IMG/VR virus record: IMGVR_UViG_3300036772_000425
Span: 202,924 to 266,923 of that record
Source: a virus
Length of the DNA stretch: 64,000 nt
Direction: 5' to 3' (one strand)
The position numbers and the translations under genes were made by a program. Shown piece by piece: positions 53,496 to 63,971 of the stretch; positions within the stretch are counted from its first letter, which is position 1; the number at the start of each line of letters is the position of its first letter. Below the pieces are notes generated by a model, which searched no databases, was not told where the DNA came from, and saw nothing but the letters and a program-made list of their open reading frames with translations.

Positions 53496-54139
53496 GGGAA
53501 AACACTACTCCCTTCGGAAGGATTTGGATCCAGCAGATCCTGGATCGAAGTTGCGATATCGCGGCCGTCGATACCATCTCCCAGCACGGTCCAACCAGCG
53601 ATCTGCCGACGACCGAAGAGTTCCAGTCGATCTACGTCAGGGAACATCTTCTCCAGGCGACGCTGGAGCGTGGGTGGTTTGACGCTGTGGCCCAGGTTGA
53701 GGTCGAAGGCTACGCTACGTTGGGCCTTGTTCTTTAGCTTCTTGTAGATGCTCCTACCTGATGTGCAGATCAAGGCGATCTCATGGCTTTGCCTGAAGAG
53801 GCGACCCATCCCGACCCGAGTACCGTTGTTCCAGTCCTGTTCGAGGTGGTGGTTCTTTTTCACCTTCGCCCACACGAAGATCTGTTTCATCCGGAAACCC
53901 CAGGCTCGGGTCACCATCAGACCATCCTCGAGCATGCTACCAGGGATCCAGAGCGCCAACAGGCAGCCGGCCGGATCGGCGAGCTCCTTGACCGGAAGGT
54001 TGGCGACCTGTGCCGCTGTCATGGTCCGGTACTGGGATTCGGCAGAGCGCTTGACCTTGCGGCGCATGGCCTTGAGCCCATCGTCAAAACCCCACGGCGG
54101 ATCGGCCACGATGATCTGGTACGTCATGGTCGAGCCCAC
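53492..54139 (-). CDS. MT-A70-family DNA N6-adenine methyltransferase
   Basis: IIVADPPWGF (DPPW) catalytic motif. Confidence 0.8.
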   Translation of the reverse strand: MGSTMTYQIIVADPPWGFDDGLKAMRRKVKRSAESQYRTMTAAQVANLPVKELADPAGCLLALWIPGSMLEDGLMVTRAWGFRMKQIFVWAKVKKNHHLEQDWNNGTRVGMGRLFRQSHEIALICTSGRSIYKKLKNKAQRSVAFDLNLGHSVKPPTLQRRLEKMFPDVDRLELFGRRQIAGWTVLGDGIDGRDIATSIQDLLDPNPSEGSSVFP

Positions 54140-54732
54140 AGGATGCCATGGTCGTGCAGGAGACCGACGATGTCTTCATGGACCTCCTGCACGGATCCTG
54201 AATTGTCGACTGCGATGTGATGAGGTAGGCCCACGCACTGACGATACTCGTCATGCACCCTGAACTGCAGGTCAGCGTCAGCCTCGTAGCTATCGTCCGC
54301 GGCGCCAGGCCTTGCGTAGGTGCTTCCTTGCAGGATCACCGTCAGATCCGGATCCAGGGTGAGGGCTCGGATCAGCTCGTTCAACCACTGACTGATCCCC
54401 TCGCACTTTCCGTAAACGTACCCTGAAAGTGACCAACGATCGAGGACGACAAGTTGGTTGTTCCTGAGCAGCTCCGGCAACCTGAAGAACGTGAAGTACG
54501 TTCTGTTGGCGAACTGTAGGAGCTGGAATGCATTGGGTCGGCGGCGGGCCTCACCCGACTCCAGCATGGCATAGATCATCTTCCGGGCCCGAGGGTGGGA
54601 TTCTTTCGTCGGTTCGACCCTCACCACCCTGATCCCTCTCCTCACCAGTGCGTCAACCAGGAGGCGGCTCTGGGTTCCCTTCCCAGATCGATCCGGACCT
54701 TCAATCACGATCAGCTTGCCCATCATCATCAC
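54124..54732 (-). CDS. tmk: thymidylate kinase
   Basis: LIVIEGPDRSGKGTQ P-loop typical of Tmk. Confidence 0.8.
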   Translation of the reverse strand: MMMMGKLIVIEGPDRSGKGTQSRLLVDALVRRGIRVVRVEPTKESHPRARKMIYAMLESGEARRRPNAFQLLQFANRTYFTFFRLPELLRNNQLVVLDRWSLSGYVYGKCEGISQWLNELIRALTLDPDLTVILQGSTYARPGAADDSYEADADLQFRVHDEYRQCVGLPHHIAVDNSGSVQEVHEDIVGLLHDHGILWARP

Positions 54733-55727
54733 ACCCTCATGTCCCTCACTGAGGACGTTACGCGGCCGAAATTCTCCTCGTCAGCGACGAGCTTACGACC
54801 CTGGATCCAACCATTGTAGTTCCCGCTGTAGTACGTCTCTTCCACCTTCACCACCCTGTCTGTACCGTCCGCGCCGAGGCACGCCTCTGACCAGGTACGG
54901 ATCTCTGGGAACATGTTGACCCGATGCAGTTTGAAACCACTTGCGAAGGTGACGTTATACTGCTTGGTGCACTGCAATTCCAGGTCGTTCATCGGACGAG
55001 CAACGTGCTCAAGCGGACTCATGTGACCGCTCTTCAGCAACCTATCGCACAGTTCGATGTCAGCCCTCGGATCACGGATCCCTTCGTGGGTCAGGTAGGA
55101 GACCCTGCAGCAACGTCCGGCACTGATCTTGACGATCTGAGGGATGGTGAAACCGCCAGCGACGAGTTCGGCCGTGTCCTGGACGAGGGGCAAGTGCCAA
55201 CCCTCATCGTCCAGTTCCATTGGGATGCTGCTATCGTAGGCTTCCCACATGATCTCAGTTGGTATCTGGATCTCCGGCTGCGCCTCAGCACTGCGGCGAA
55301 GGGCGAAGTAGTTGTCCCAATCTGTCGCTGAAACGATGATGGTGTGCCACAACCACGGTTCCAGCAACCGGTTCGCGAGCTGCTTGTGAACCCCGACAGC
55401 GGCAAGCTGCCGCGCAGCATCAACTGACGCTGATTTTGCGGTCAACCAGTGATGTCGGGCCACCATGTCAGCTGCGGGATCCAGCGATTCAGTGGCCTGC
55501 ATCCCTGGTTTGTTCTTACCGAAGGCATGCGGGACGAACGGATCCACCTCGACCGCTGCGATACGCTTCTCAACCGGGATGGCACGTGATGATGCGCTGT
55601 TACGTGAGAACATCCTGTGGGTGTTGAACTCGCTCAACACCATCCTGGGCATGGTGACCACCATGGTCGTCAACCGGTGACCGAGAGAGGTTACACTGTC
55701 ACAGAGAATTTGCGCACTGTACGCCAT
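54729..55727 (-). CDS. thyX: flavin-dependent thymidylate synthase ThyX
   Basis: RHR-like HRMFSRNSASSRA (RHRxxSxxxxSxR) and SGHMSPLEH motifs. Confidence 0.85.
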   Translation of the reverse strand: MAYSAQILCDSVTSLGHRLTTMVVTMPRMVLSEFNTHRMFSRNSASSRAIPVEKRIAAVEVDPFVPHAFGKNKPGMQATESLDPAADMVARHHWLTAKSASVDAARQLAAVGVHKQLANRLLEPWLWHTIIVSATDWDNYFALRRSAEAQPEIQIPTEIMWEAYDSSIPMELDDEGWHLPLVQDTAELVAGGFTIPQIVKISAGRCCRVSYLTHEGIRDPRADIELCDRLLKSGHMSPLEHVARPMNDLELQCTKQYNVTFASGFKLHRVNMFPEIRTWSEACLGADGTDRVVKVEETYYSGNYNGWIQGRKLVADEENFGRVTSSVRDMRV

Positions 55728-55863
55728 GGGCTATTTCTACTCTGGGCCGTACCCACTGAACACATGATCCTTCATCGAGCGGCATTCAAGAATTCGAGAA
55801 CAGATGACATGTAACCACCAACTGTCATGAGCAAGTTATCTCGTGAGCCTCACGAGTCTCCGT

Positions 55864-56553
55864 TTAGCTCTTCTTTTTGACAATCTGAACACGTGCGGAG
55901 CTTCCTTGGATGAGGTACTCCTGTTCAGTTGGTCGGAACGATTTTCCGATGATCAGTTCGTAGAGGGCGTTGAACCATTCTGAGGTTCGTTCGGGTGGGG
56001 CTAAAACAGGTTTGATTCCCTTGCCGTTGACGAGCTTGATGATGAGACCGATCTTGCCCTTGCTTTTTCCTGAGAACCCATGTGTCGGTTTCTCGGTCAG
56101 TGACCAGGAGGAGAAACTGTGGTTTCGAGTGATCTCAAGGGTGAACTCGTCACCTTCTTCGTGCTCAGCCAAAGAGCTATCGTCTGGGACCTTGAACCCT
56201 CGGAAACATCCCACAGCATCGGAAGGGTCGAGATCCATGACCTCACTCAATTCCTTGCGGTAAGACGCAAGCAAACGAGCCATCGTTTGACCCGAATACC
56301 ATCGACGCATCGAATGAAGGATCTCAAACAAGCCTTCAGGCGTTGTCTTTTTGACGAACTTTAACGCTTTAGCCCTGTGCGGGCTATCCCAGGATTCGAT
56401 CAACTCCATGTCTTCGATGTTCGCCTTGCTTCGGGCTGGCATCGGATCATTGCTTCTGATCTTGAGTTCGTTTACTGGTTCACCGAACACATGTTCACAG
56501 GTGCATTCGAGTTGCAACATCTTCAGAACATCATCGTAGACGTTCATGGGCAT
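55864..56553 (-). CDS. hypothetical protein in low-GC island; candidate R-S-E ADP-ribosyltransferase
   Basis: ~48% GC against a ~60% background; FRGF (Arg), FSSWSL (STS-like) and EQEYLI (ExE-hydrophobic) at ART-compatible spacing. Confidence 0.35.
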   Translation of the reverse strand: MPMNVYDDVLKMLQLECTCEHVFGEPVNELKIRSNDPMPARSKANIEDMELIESWDSPHRAKALKFVKKTTPEGLFEILHSMRRWYSGQTMARLLASYRKELSEVMDLDPSDAVGCFRGFKVPDDSSLAEHEEGDEFTLEITRNHSFSSWSLTEKPTHGFSGKSKGKIGLIIKLVNGKGIKPVLAPPERTSEWFNALYELIIGKSFRPTEQEYLIQGSSARVQIVKKKS

Positions 56554-56565
56554 TTCTCGGTTGAA

Positions 56566-56919
56566 TCAAACCTGCCTGATGAACGAGAAGAGCTCGTTCT
56601 CCAGCTGGGCGTACACTTTCTCTTCGAGCTCATCGCACACCTGTGTCATGGCAGAGATGGCCTCGGCACGGTCCATCCCGGTCTGGCTCTTGTTGATCAA
56701 CACGTAACCGGTGATCTTGCTGCGGATCTGCTCGACGAAGTCTGAAACAGATTGCCGCAGCTCCCACTCCGGCACCCCGTGAAGGTACTCCTCATCAAGG
56801 ACCTCAGCGGGCTTCCTGTTCACGTGGTCTCCAACTGCTGCAGGACATCCGAGATGTTCTGGTGGGAATCGCTCAGCATCCCGTAGACGATGTCGCCCAA
56901 ACCCGGGTTGGATTCGCAC
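56566..56919 (-). CDS. hypothetical protein (start uncertain)
   Basis: the C-terminal 70 aa are protein-like; overlaps the next ORF. Confidence 0.3.
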   Translation of the reverse strand: MRIQPGFGRHRLRDAERFPPEHLGCPAAVGDHVNRKPAEVLDEEYLHGVPEWELRQSVSDFVEQIRSKITGYVLINKSQTGMDRAEAISAMTQVCDELEEKVYAQLENELFSFIRQV

Positions 56920-57068
56920 GCGGCCAGTGCACGGCGTAGGGCACCCTCTGCTGCATGCAGATCGTTGATCAGCACAGACTGATCGCCTTCCTGCTGCGTC
57001 ATCGCCTCACTGAGGAGTTTTCGAAGCTTCCCTTGTGTGATCCGAATCATGCTGTATGTACCCAACAC
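56820..57068 (-). CDS. hypothetical protein
   Basis: 82-aa ORF. Confidence 0.35.
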   Translation of the reverse strand: MLGTYSMIRITQGKLRKLLSEAMTQQEGDQSVLINDLHAAEGALRRALAACESNPGLGDIVYGMLSDSHQNISDVLQQLETT

Positions 57069-57119
57069 AGCGAGGATTCGTTGGCGTCCGACGCCAAGAT
57101 TGTCAGATTCCGATGAAGA

Positions 57120-59621
57120 TCACCCGCATTTCGATGATCCGCAGGCCGCACAGCTTTCGCATCCCTGCTGGTACTGCAGGTTGCTGCTGCCACATTCACC
57201 ACACGTCTTGGTCGAGGTGACCTTGGTGCCGTCCTGCACGTAGTTCTTGCTGAGCGTCCTGGCGATCACGGCAGAGAACGAGGTGATGTCGCTGTTCTTG
57301 TCCTTCCGAAGCTGCTCGACAAGGTACTGGACTGGAACACCGTGACGCAGTGCCAACGAGATGGTTCGAGTGAACGATCCGTGCACCGGGTTGTCAAACA
57401 GGTTGACAACGTCCTTGAAGACCATGCTATCGTCGTCGCCGATCGGGATCCGGAGGTTGTAGGTCGCGACGCCGTCCTTGTTCTTCCCGTTCTTGATCAG
57501 GATGCCCCCCTTCACCTTCCGGGGCAGATCAACGTGCTCCTGCAACCCAGCGAAGAGCTCATAGGGCCGACCGTCCAGGAGCCCAACGAGCACCAGGTAC
57601 TGTTGGCCCTGCACGCTGGCTCGGTGAACATCGCACTGGAGTTCCTTGGGTCGCGAGGGGGCGTGGTGATCCACCACTGAATCACGTCGATCTGACGGTA
57701 CCGCGTCCGCAGAGATCAGCACACCGTCCCTGCATTTGTCCCTGTACACGGTGACGCCCTTGATCCCGAGCTTCCAGGCTCGGAGGTACACCTCTGACAC
57801 GAGCTCCCGAGTGGCAGTTTCCGGTAGGTTGATGGTCTTGGAGATCGAGTGCTCTGTCCAACGCTGCGCGGCAGCCAGCAGGTCGACGGAGGCAAGCCAA
57901 TCAACATCGTTGCTGGTTGCACCCCAGTACGGGCTCAGGCCGATGTCCGTGAGTCCGGTCACATCCATCCACTGCTTCACTCCGGGATGGAAAACATCGT
58001 ACTCCTGCCATCGATCTCCCAGCTGATCCACCGTGTCGATGCGAGCACCTGAATCGATCTCATCCTGCGTCAGCTTCTTGCGGCGCTTGTAGTGGAGCAG
58101 GTACGCCGGTTCCACCCCGCTGGTGGTCCTTGTAAGGACTGAGACGGAGCCGGCTGGTGCCGTTGTCGTCAATGCGATGTTTCGACGTCCGTGTTTCCGA
58201 AAATCCTGGTTGGTCTTCTCGGAACTGACAGCGGCCAGCCTCTCTGCGAACGGATGATCCTTGTAACGCTTCGGCTCCCATGCTGGGAAAGCTCCACGCT
58301 CCTTCGCCATGTTGACGCTGCTGGCGTGTGCACTGACAGCGAGCGCTCGGTACACGCTCTCCACGAGGTCGATGGACGCCGGATCTCCGTACCGAAAACC
58401 CATAGCTGCGACAGCGTCCCCCACCGCGGTCAGTCCGGTACCCGTCCGTCGACCTGAACTGCACGCGTTCATGACCTTGCACCACAGCGAGATCTCACGG
58501 GATTTTTCTGATTCAGGTTCGGGATCTGAGATCACCTTGTCCAGGATCTTCTGGATTGCCTCCAGTTCCAGATCCACCAGGTCGTCCATCAGCCTCTGTG
58601 CCTTCTCAACATCCGACTTGAACGCATCGAAATCGAAGCTAGCTGTCGCCGTGAAAGGATGCACCACGTAGTTCAGCACGTTGATCAGCAGCAACCTGCA
58701 TGAATCGTAGGGCGACAGGGGCAGCTCGGCGCACGGGTTGGTGCAGACCGTCCGAAATCCCTTGTAAGCGAACACGTCGGCCATCGAATCACGGATCACG
58801 GTATCCCAGAACAGGACGCCCGGTTCTGCATCACGCCAGGCGGCATTGATGATCAGATCCCAGACTGTACGTGCTCTGACGGTACGCCGGACAGTGGCTT
58901 CTGCCGGTGTTGCTGTAACGGGCCATCGCAGGTCGAAGTCTGCGTCGGCGACGACGGCTTCCATGAACTCGTCGTTGATTCGGGTGGAAACATTGGCTCC
59001 CGTCACCTTCTTCCGGTCCATCTTTGCGTCAATGAACAGTTCGATGTCAGGGTGCCTGACGTCCAAAGTTTCCATCAGGGCTCCACGGCGGCCGCCTTGC
59101 GCGACCTCACGGGTGGTGTTCGAGTACCGCTCCATGAAGATCGGGATACCATCGGCTGTCCTGGCAGCGTTCTTGACAGGTTGGGTCCGTGAACGGATGT
59201 TGCTGAGGTCCACCCCCACGCCGCCGCGGCGCTTCTGGATCTGCAGGATCTCTTCATCAGCACGGGCAATTGATCCATACGAGTCCATGGGTGCTTCGAT
59301 GATGAAGCAGTTGCTCAACGATTGGTACTGGTGTTCATTGCCGATCCCTGACATCGGAGATCCCTGTGGGATGATCCTCCGGAACCCGTCGAGCAGCTCG
59401 AAGATCTGCTCTTCGTCCAACGGGTTCGGATACTTCGCTTCGATCCTAGCGAACTCCCGTGACAGCCTGCGGTGCATGTCCACGGGAGTTGATTCCACGA
59501 TGTTACCATCCGAATCCCGGAGGGCGTACTTGCTGACGAACACGTCAGCAGCGAGTTCATCACCGTCGAAGTATGACAATGAGGCGGCACGGGCCTCATC
59601 GTATGTGTACGATTTCATCAT
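57120..59621 (-). CDS. nrdJ: class II (adenosylcobalamin-dependent) ribonucleotide reductase
   Basis: 833 aa; NPCAEL active-site Cys-x-Glu; C-terminal CGECGSS...CESCAACGSSKC zinc ribbon; no NrdB-like partner in the window. Confidence 0.8.
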   Translation of the reverse strand: MMKSYTYDEARAASLSYFDGDELAADVFVSKYALRDSDGNIVESTPVDMHRRLSREFARIEAKYPNPLDEEQIFELLDGFRRIIPQGSPMSGIGNEHQYQSLSNCFIIEAPMDSYGSIARADEEILQIQKRRGGVGVDLSNIRSRTQPVKNAARTADGIPIFMERYSNTTREVAQGGRRGALMETLDVRHPDIELFIDAKMDRKKVTGANVSTRINDEFMEAVVADADFDLRWPVTATPAEATVRRTVRARTVWDLIINAAWRDAEPGVLFWDTVIRDSMADVFAYKGFRTVCTNPCAELPLSPYDSCRLLLINVLNYVVHPFTATASFDFDAFKSDVEKAQRLMDDLVDLELEAIQKILDKVISDPEPESEKSREISLWCKVMNACSSGRRTGTGLTAVGDAVAAMGFRYGDPASIDLVESVYRALAVSAHASSVNMAKERGAFPAWEPKRYKDHPFAERLAAVSSEKTNQDFRKHGRRNIALTTTAPAGSVSVLTRTTSGVEPAYLLHYKRRKKLTQDEIDSGARIDTVDQLGDRWQEYDVFHPGVKQWMDVTGLTDIGLSPYWGATSNDVDWLASVDLLAAAQRWTEHSISKTINLPETATRELVSEVYLRAWKLGIKGVTVYRDKCRDGVLISADAVPSDRRDSVVDHHAPSRPKELQCDVHRASVQGQQYLVLVGLLDGRPYELFAGLQEHVDLPRKVKGGILIKNGKNKDGVATYNLRIPIGDDDSMVFKDVVNLFDNPVHGSFTRTISLALRHGVPVQYLVEQLRKDKNSDITSFSAVIARTLSKNYVQDGTKVTSTKTCGECGSSNLQYQQGCESCAACGSSKCG

Positions 59622-59676
59622 GTTTTCTCTGAATCGGCTGCTGTCACAGAGGGGCAGGGGGCTCGTTCAAGTCTAC

Positions 59677-61107
59677 CTATTCTACCTGGGAGGTCGGTCC
59701 TTGTGTTCCGGGAATAGACTCGCCGTGCATTTCCTTGAGCTTCTGCCGCAGCATCTTCTTCATCTCATTCTCGTCGTCCTTGACAGCCTCTGACATCCCA
59801 CCGGCATTTCCGACGATCAGGAACTTGCTGCGCGCAGTGTCGATGCTGACAGGGTAGACAAGCCCATCCCGACCGGCCCTGTTCTTCGCGATGTACAGCC
59901 GACCGTAGCCGGAAGATTTCTCATGCGAACGACGAGAAACGCTGAGGACCACGTCGGCCTCCATGGCCTTGCCGTACGCCTCGCTCATGTTGCTGAGGTC
60001 CACGATCTCGGCCCCTGAACCTTCCTTGTTCGATTGGGAGGCTGTCCAGATCGGGATCTTCTTTTCCATCGCGAACCCGCGAAGTTCACGGTAGATCAAC
60101 TGAAGCTCGTGACGCAAGGAGTCGTACTGCCGGCTCGACCGCATGATGTCAGCGTAATCAACAATGATCAACTGCGGCTGGAAACCCTTGATGTCCAGAC
60201 GTTCGATGTGGGCCCTGAAGGTGTAGATGGAGGCAGTGCTGGGCGGGAATTCCTTGATGATGAGTCGGCCGAGGCGCTGCGACTTGTAGCTGTCGATGAC
60301 CTGTTCCTTCTTGTCGATGACGTCGCTGGAATCCACATCACACAGGTTGGAATCGTACCTGAGACCTACCGCAGCCTCCGATAGTTCCAGGGTGTAGTGC
60401 AGCACGTTGAGGCCGTTCCGGAGCGCCGCAGCGCCCAGCATTGTCAGGAAGTGGCTCTTGCCAACGCCTGTTGCTGCAACGATGACACCCAGTTCACCGC
60501 CGCCGAGACCTCCCTTCAGGATCTCCTTACGATCGAGCTCCTCCAACCCGGTGGCGACCGCGGCACGTTGCAACCTGGTGAACCTGCTCTCGTAGTCCTC
60601 GAAGAATTCGTGGCCAAGGCTGGGGGTGGTGCCGACAGTCACCGCCTTCTTCACGGTCTCCACGATCTGTTCGTACTTCTCGGCTTGCATCTGGTCGACC
60701 GCGTCCGACAGGGCCTGCTTCAGGGCCTGCTTCCGGCAGAAGTCCAGAGATTTTTCCTTGACGTACTGAAGATCACCAGGATCAGGATTTGCTCTCATCC
60801 GCTGCAGGTAATCGACGATCTGATCGCGGAGGATCGCATCGGTTCCAACCTTCAATTCATCACGGATGATCGTGATGAGCAACTGCAGGGTCGGAAAGAC
60901 CTTGTACTTCTTCGCGTGGGAGAAATAGCGATCGGCGAGGAAAGACAGGTACTTCAGCTCGAAGTAGTTCGCATCGAACACCTCGGTCATCTGCTCGGCC
61001 CAGGCCCGATCGGACAGGAGCGCCTGGACGACCTTCTCCTGGAAGGATTTTCCGTACTGTCCGAACGCCTGCCCTGCGGCAACCTGCTTCAACTGTTCAT
61101 TCATCAA
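59677..61107 (-). CDS. DnaB-family replicative DNA helicase
   Basis: Walker A GELGVIVAATGVGKSHFL; RecA-like C-terminal domain; N-terminal DnaB-like helical domain. Confidence 0.85.
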   Translation of the reverse strand: MMNEQLKQVAAGQAFGQYGKSFQEKVVQALLSDRAWAEQMTEVFDANYFELKYLSFLADRYFSHAKKYKVFPTLQLLITIIRDELKVGTDAILRDQIVDYLQRMRANPDPGDLQYVKEKSLDFCRKQALKQALSDAVDQMQAEKYEQIVETVKKAVTVGTTPSLGHEFFEDYESRFTRLQRAAVATGLEELDRKEILKGGLGGGELGVIVAATGVGKSHFLTMLGAAALRNGLNVLHYTLELSEAAVGLRYDSNLCDVDSSDVIDKKEQVIDSYKSQRLGRLIIKEFPPSTASIYTFRAHIERLDIKGFQPQLIIVDYADIMRSSRQYDSLRHELQLIYRELRGFAMEKKIPIWTASQSNKEGSGAEIVDLSNMSEAYGKAMEADVVLSVSRRSHEKSSGYGRLYIAKNRAGRDGLVYPVSIDTARSKFLIVGNAGGMSEAVKDDENEMKKMLRQKLKEMHGESIPGTQGPTSQVE

Positions 61108-62087
61108 CCGTTTCCTCCGAACTGCAATCCATCGATGCAGTGAAATGCGTAGTAGAAATCCTCAGTGTCAAAATCGTTGACGCCCTCCTTGATCAGGAGC
61201 TGCACCAGCTTCGGCCTGTTCGCCCTGGGAACATGGTCACGGACGCGTTGCTCGTTCAGGATCCGTTGCTGAGCGGGAACCATGTTCCCATCAAGGTACA
61301 CCAGCTGCCAGTTCCTCTTCACCTCATCCGTGTGCTCCACGATCCTGCTGTAGTACCTGGACTCATCGGCATGCGATGCAGCGTAGTTCAACACGTCCTG
61401 CAGCAGGACCTGATCGGTGAGGCCCATGAACGGGAACAGCTTGGACACCGTCTTGAAACCGATACCCTTGATGCCGGGCACATTGTCCCCCGGATCACCG
61501 CACAGGGCCTTTGCAAGGGCAAAGTGCTGGGCCTGCACTCGGAACTCCTCCATCACGGTTTCTTCTGTGATGAATGTTTTCTTGTGTAGGCCGTAGATCC
61601 GAGTGTTCTTGTCCAACAGCTGGTACAAATCCTTGTCGGAGGTGACGATCACCTTGTTCCGGTTGCGGAAGATCCCCCGTGACAGGAAAGCAACCAGATC
61701 ATCTCCCTCACAGTCTGACGCGTACAGCTGGCATGCAGGGGTGCATTTCAGCATTGCGATCAACGCGAGCAGTTGGTGCTTCCGGTTCTCCTCCGAATCT
61801 GGGATATCATCCTCGTAGAACCGGTTCAGCTTCCCGGGTGCCCTGTTCAGCTTGTAGTCCGCCAGCAACGTCCTCCGTCTCGATGATCCTCCGCCTTCCC
61901 AGCAGACATAGATCGCCGAGGGTTGGATCTCCTGAGTGAGACGTCGCATGGTCTTCATGAATCCGATGCATCCGCCCATCTGGTAACCGTGCACTGACAT
62001 GGTCGGGTAGGCGCAGTACGCCCTGACGAACGCATTCATGCCATCAAAGATGAGAACTGGGCGACATTGGTCTTCTGTGGTTGTCAT
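61104..62087 (-). CDS. 5'-3' exonuclease / flap endonuclease (Pol I 5'-exo, FEN family)
   Basis: PVLIFDGMNAFVRAY, GDDLVAFL, SDKDLYQLL, H3TH GIKGIGFKTVSKL. Confidence 0.8.
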   Translation of the reverse strand: MTTTEDQCRPVLIFDGMNAFVRAYCAYPTMSVHGYQMGGCIGFMKTMRRLTQEIQPSAIYVCWEGGGSSRRRTLLADYKLNRAPGKLNRFYEDDIPDSEENRKHQLLALIAMLKCTPACQLYASDCEGDDLVAFLSRGIFRNRNKVIVTSDKDLYQLLDKNTRIYGLHKKTFITEETVMEEFRVQAQHFALAKALCGDPGDNVPGIKGIGFKTVSKLFPFMGLTDQVLLQDVLNYAASHADESRYYSRIVEHTDEVKRNWQLVYLDGNMVPAQQRILNEQRVRDHVPRANRPKLVQLLIKEGVNDFDTEDFYYAFHCIDGLQFGGNG

Positions 62088-62156
62088 GGTCTGGATCCAC
62101 CGTAACCTACCCATCCCATGCACCAAGATCAAGCACTGCGGCCTCATACTTAGGTC

Positions 62157-62927
62157 ATGGACTCCACCCAGCTGCTGAGAAGCTACGTTTCCCTGTTGGT
62201 CGAAAAGGTGAGGTCAAAGAAGGGAACCTCCAAGGGAGCTTGGGGCGACAGGTTCAGCATGCAGAAATTCAAGTCCTTGGGCAGCTCCCAGGAGATGCTC
62301 GAGTACGCGGACAACTTCCTGGACAGGATGGGCCAAGGATCCGCAAGGGCGGCGTACGTGTACTCGAGCAGGTTTGCGCTCAAGGTTGCCCTGAACGACA
62401 AGGGCACTGCTCAAAACCAGGCTGAGGTGGATGTCTACACGAACCCACAGACAAAGCACGTCGTGACAGGGATCCACGGATCTGACCCAGAGTACAGGTG
62501 GATCATCTCAGATCTGGTTGAACCGATGCGCAGCGCTCAGGAGTTCGAGCAGTTGACTGGGATCAAGTGGACACGCTACATGGAATACATCACCAACGCG
62601 ATCAAGCACGGGACCAACGACCCGGGTGCACCGCCGTTCGTGAAGTCTGTCATCCAAACTATCAGGTCGAACAGCCTGGGCCGGGGAGACCTGGCGAGCG
62701 ATGATTCATACGAGCATTACGGGAAAACTCCCGACGGAAGGGTCGTGATCCTGGACTACGGGTTCACCAGGGAGGTCTTCGACAAGCACTACTCCACATC
62801 CTCGGAGAAGACCAAGGCTGAGAACCCGAAGACAGCTCAGAAAACTCGGGTTGAGAAACCCAAGTCTCCCGAAAAACAGCAGGACGACGCAAGAACAGCG
62901 GTCGAACCGGCGGCGCGGCGCCGCTAG
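62157..62927 (+). CDS. protein-kinase-like fold protein (tentative), plus strand
   Basis: GQGSARAAYVY...ALKV (GxGxxA...AxK-like) and VVILDYGFT (DFG-like) motifs. Confidence 0.4.
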   Translation: MDSTQLLRSYVSLLVEKVRSKKGTSKGAWGDRFSMQKFKSLGSSQEMLEYADNFLDRMGQGSARAAYVYSSRFALKVALNDKGTAQNQAEVDVYTNPQTKHVVTGIHGSDPEYRWIISDLVEPMRSAQEFEQLTGIKWTRYMEYITNAIKHGTNDPGAPPFVKSVIQTIRSNSLGRGDLASDDSYEHYGKTPDGRVVILDYGFTREVFDKHYSTSSEKTKAENPKTAQKTRVEKPKSPEKQQDDARTAVEPAARRR

Positions 62928-63199
62928 GCTGCGTGTTCTGGTCCGTCCAAGTTGGGCACCTCGGGCAGATCGTCCGGACTGGGCGGCGGAGTCCTCATCA
63001 GGACCACGAGATCCTCCACGAGGGCTGGTACGGGGCGATCCAGGTCTGAATCATCGATGTTGAACCTCTGGTAGGTGTCCCCCAACATCAGCGTCAGGAC
63101 AAGAACGTTCCCCTCGATCGTCAGGTTGTGACGCTGGCCCGACCTGGGCGATGGGAAACGGTGGCGACACAGCTCCAGCAGTTCTTTCGCGTTCTTCAT
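62924..63199 (-). CDS. hypothetical protein
   Basis: 91-aa ORF. Confidence 0.4.
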   Translation of the reverse strand: MKNAKELLELCRHRFPSPRSGQRHNLTIEGNVLVLTLMLGDTYQRFNIDDSDLDRPVPALVEDLVVLMRTPPPSPDDLPEVPNLDGPEHAA

Positions 63200-63636
63200 G
63201 ATCTCTCTCCTGTCGAACCAAAACCACTTCCACCACGATCTGTGAGGGTGAGCGCATCAACTTCCATGAAATGTGCACGGGCCACCGGAGCGAACACCAA
63301 CTGCGCGATGCGATCGCCCACCTCGACCCTGCGTTGGGAGGGTCCGTGATTGATCAGAATCACCTTGATCTCTCCCCGGTAGTCCGAATCGATGGACCCG
63401 GGAGAGTTGATGACCGTGATACCGTGTTTCAACGCAAGACCAGAGCGGGGCCTGACCTGGCACTCGTAGCCATCAGGAACCTCCAGAAAAAGTCCGGTAC
63501 TGACAGCTGCAGTACTCCCAGGTGGCAGTTCCAAACTTTCTCTGGCGGTCACGTCGCAGCCCACAGAACCGCTGGTCATGTAACGTGGGACGGGCACATC
63601 AGGGTGCGAGCGCTTGAACCTGACGAAGCAGTTCAT
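63196..63636 (-). CDS. dut: dUTPase
   Basis: motif 3 [15 protein letters not shown]; motif 5 [10 protein letters not shown]. Confidence 0.85.
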   Translation of the reverse strand: MNCFVRFKRSHPDVPVPRYMTSGSVGCDVTARESLELPPGSTAAVSTGLFLEVPDGYECQVRPRSGLALKHGITVINSPGSIDSDYRGEIKVILINHGPSQRRVEVGDRIAQLVFAPVARAHFMEVDALTLTDRGGSGFGSTGERS

Positions 63637-63971
63637 GATGCTTCTTCAGCGTCGCCGTCGTCGACGGGGGTCTCACCCTCAACGTGCTTCTCACCCGATC
63701 CGATGATGTACGTGGCATCGATGATCCTGTCCACGAAGGGCTTGTACATCGGATCTTTCATCACCTCATCGAAGGCGCTCTTGTAGAACTTCTTCTCAAC
63801 CAGCACCTCCCCCGTCGTCTCATCATTGACAGTCAGCATCCTCCATGCAGAGGTGCCAGAGATGCAGGCGTTGACCTTGACAACGTTTCCCTTCGGATCC
63901 GTGTAGTCGAAGAGGACCTTGTTCTCTGAGCAGTACGATCGAACCTCGTCGAAGATGTACTCGTGCTCCAC
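63633..63971 (-). CDS. hypothetical protein
   Basis: 112-aa ORF near the window edge. Confidence 0.4.
   Translation of the reverse strand: MEHEYIFDEVRSYCSENKVLFDYTDPKGNVVKVNACISGTSAWRMLTVNDETTGEVLVEKKFYKSAFDEVMKDPMYKPFVDRIIDATYIIGSGEKHVEGETPVDDGDAEEAS

Noticed and set aside
55728-55863. 136-nt non-coding gap checked for tRNA, small RNA or terminator
   Set aside because: No cloverleaf-compatible arms were found. A perfect 8-bp palindrome CTCGTGAG-c-CTCACGAG is present (55838..55854), but with a 1-nt loop and no adjacent U-tract on either strand. I kept it only as a note.
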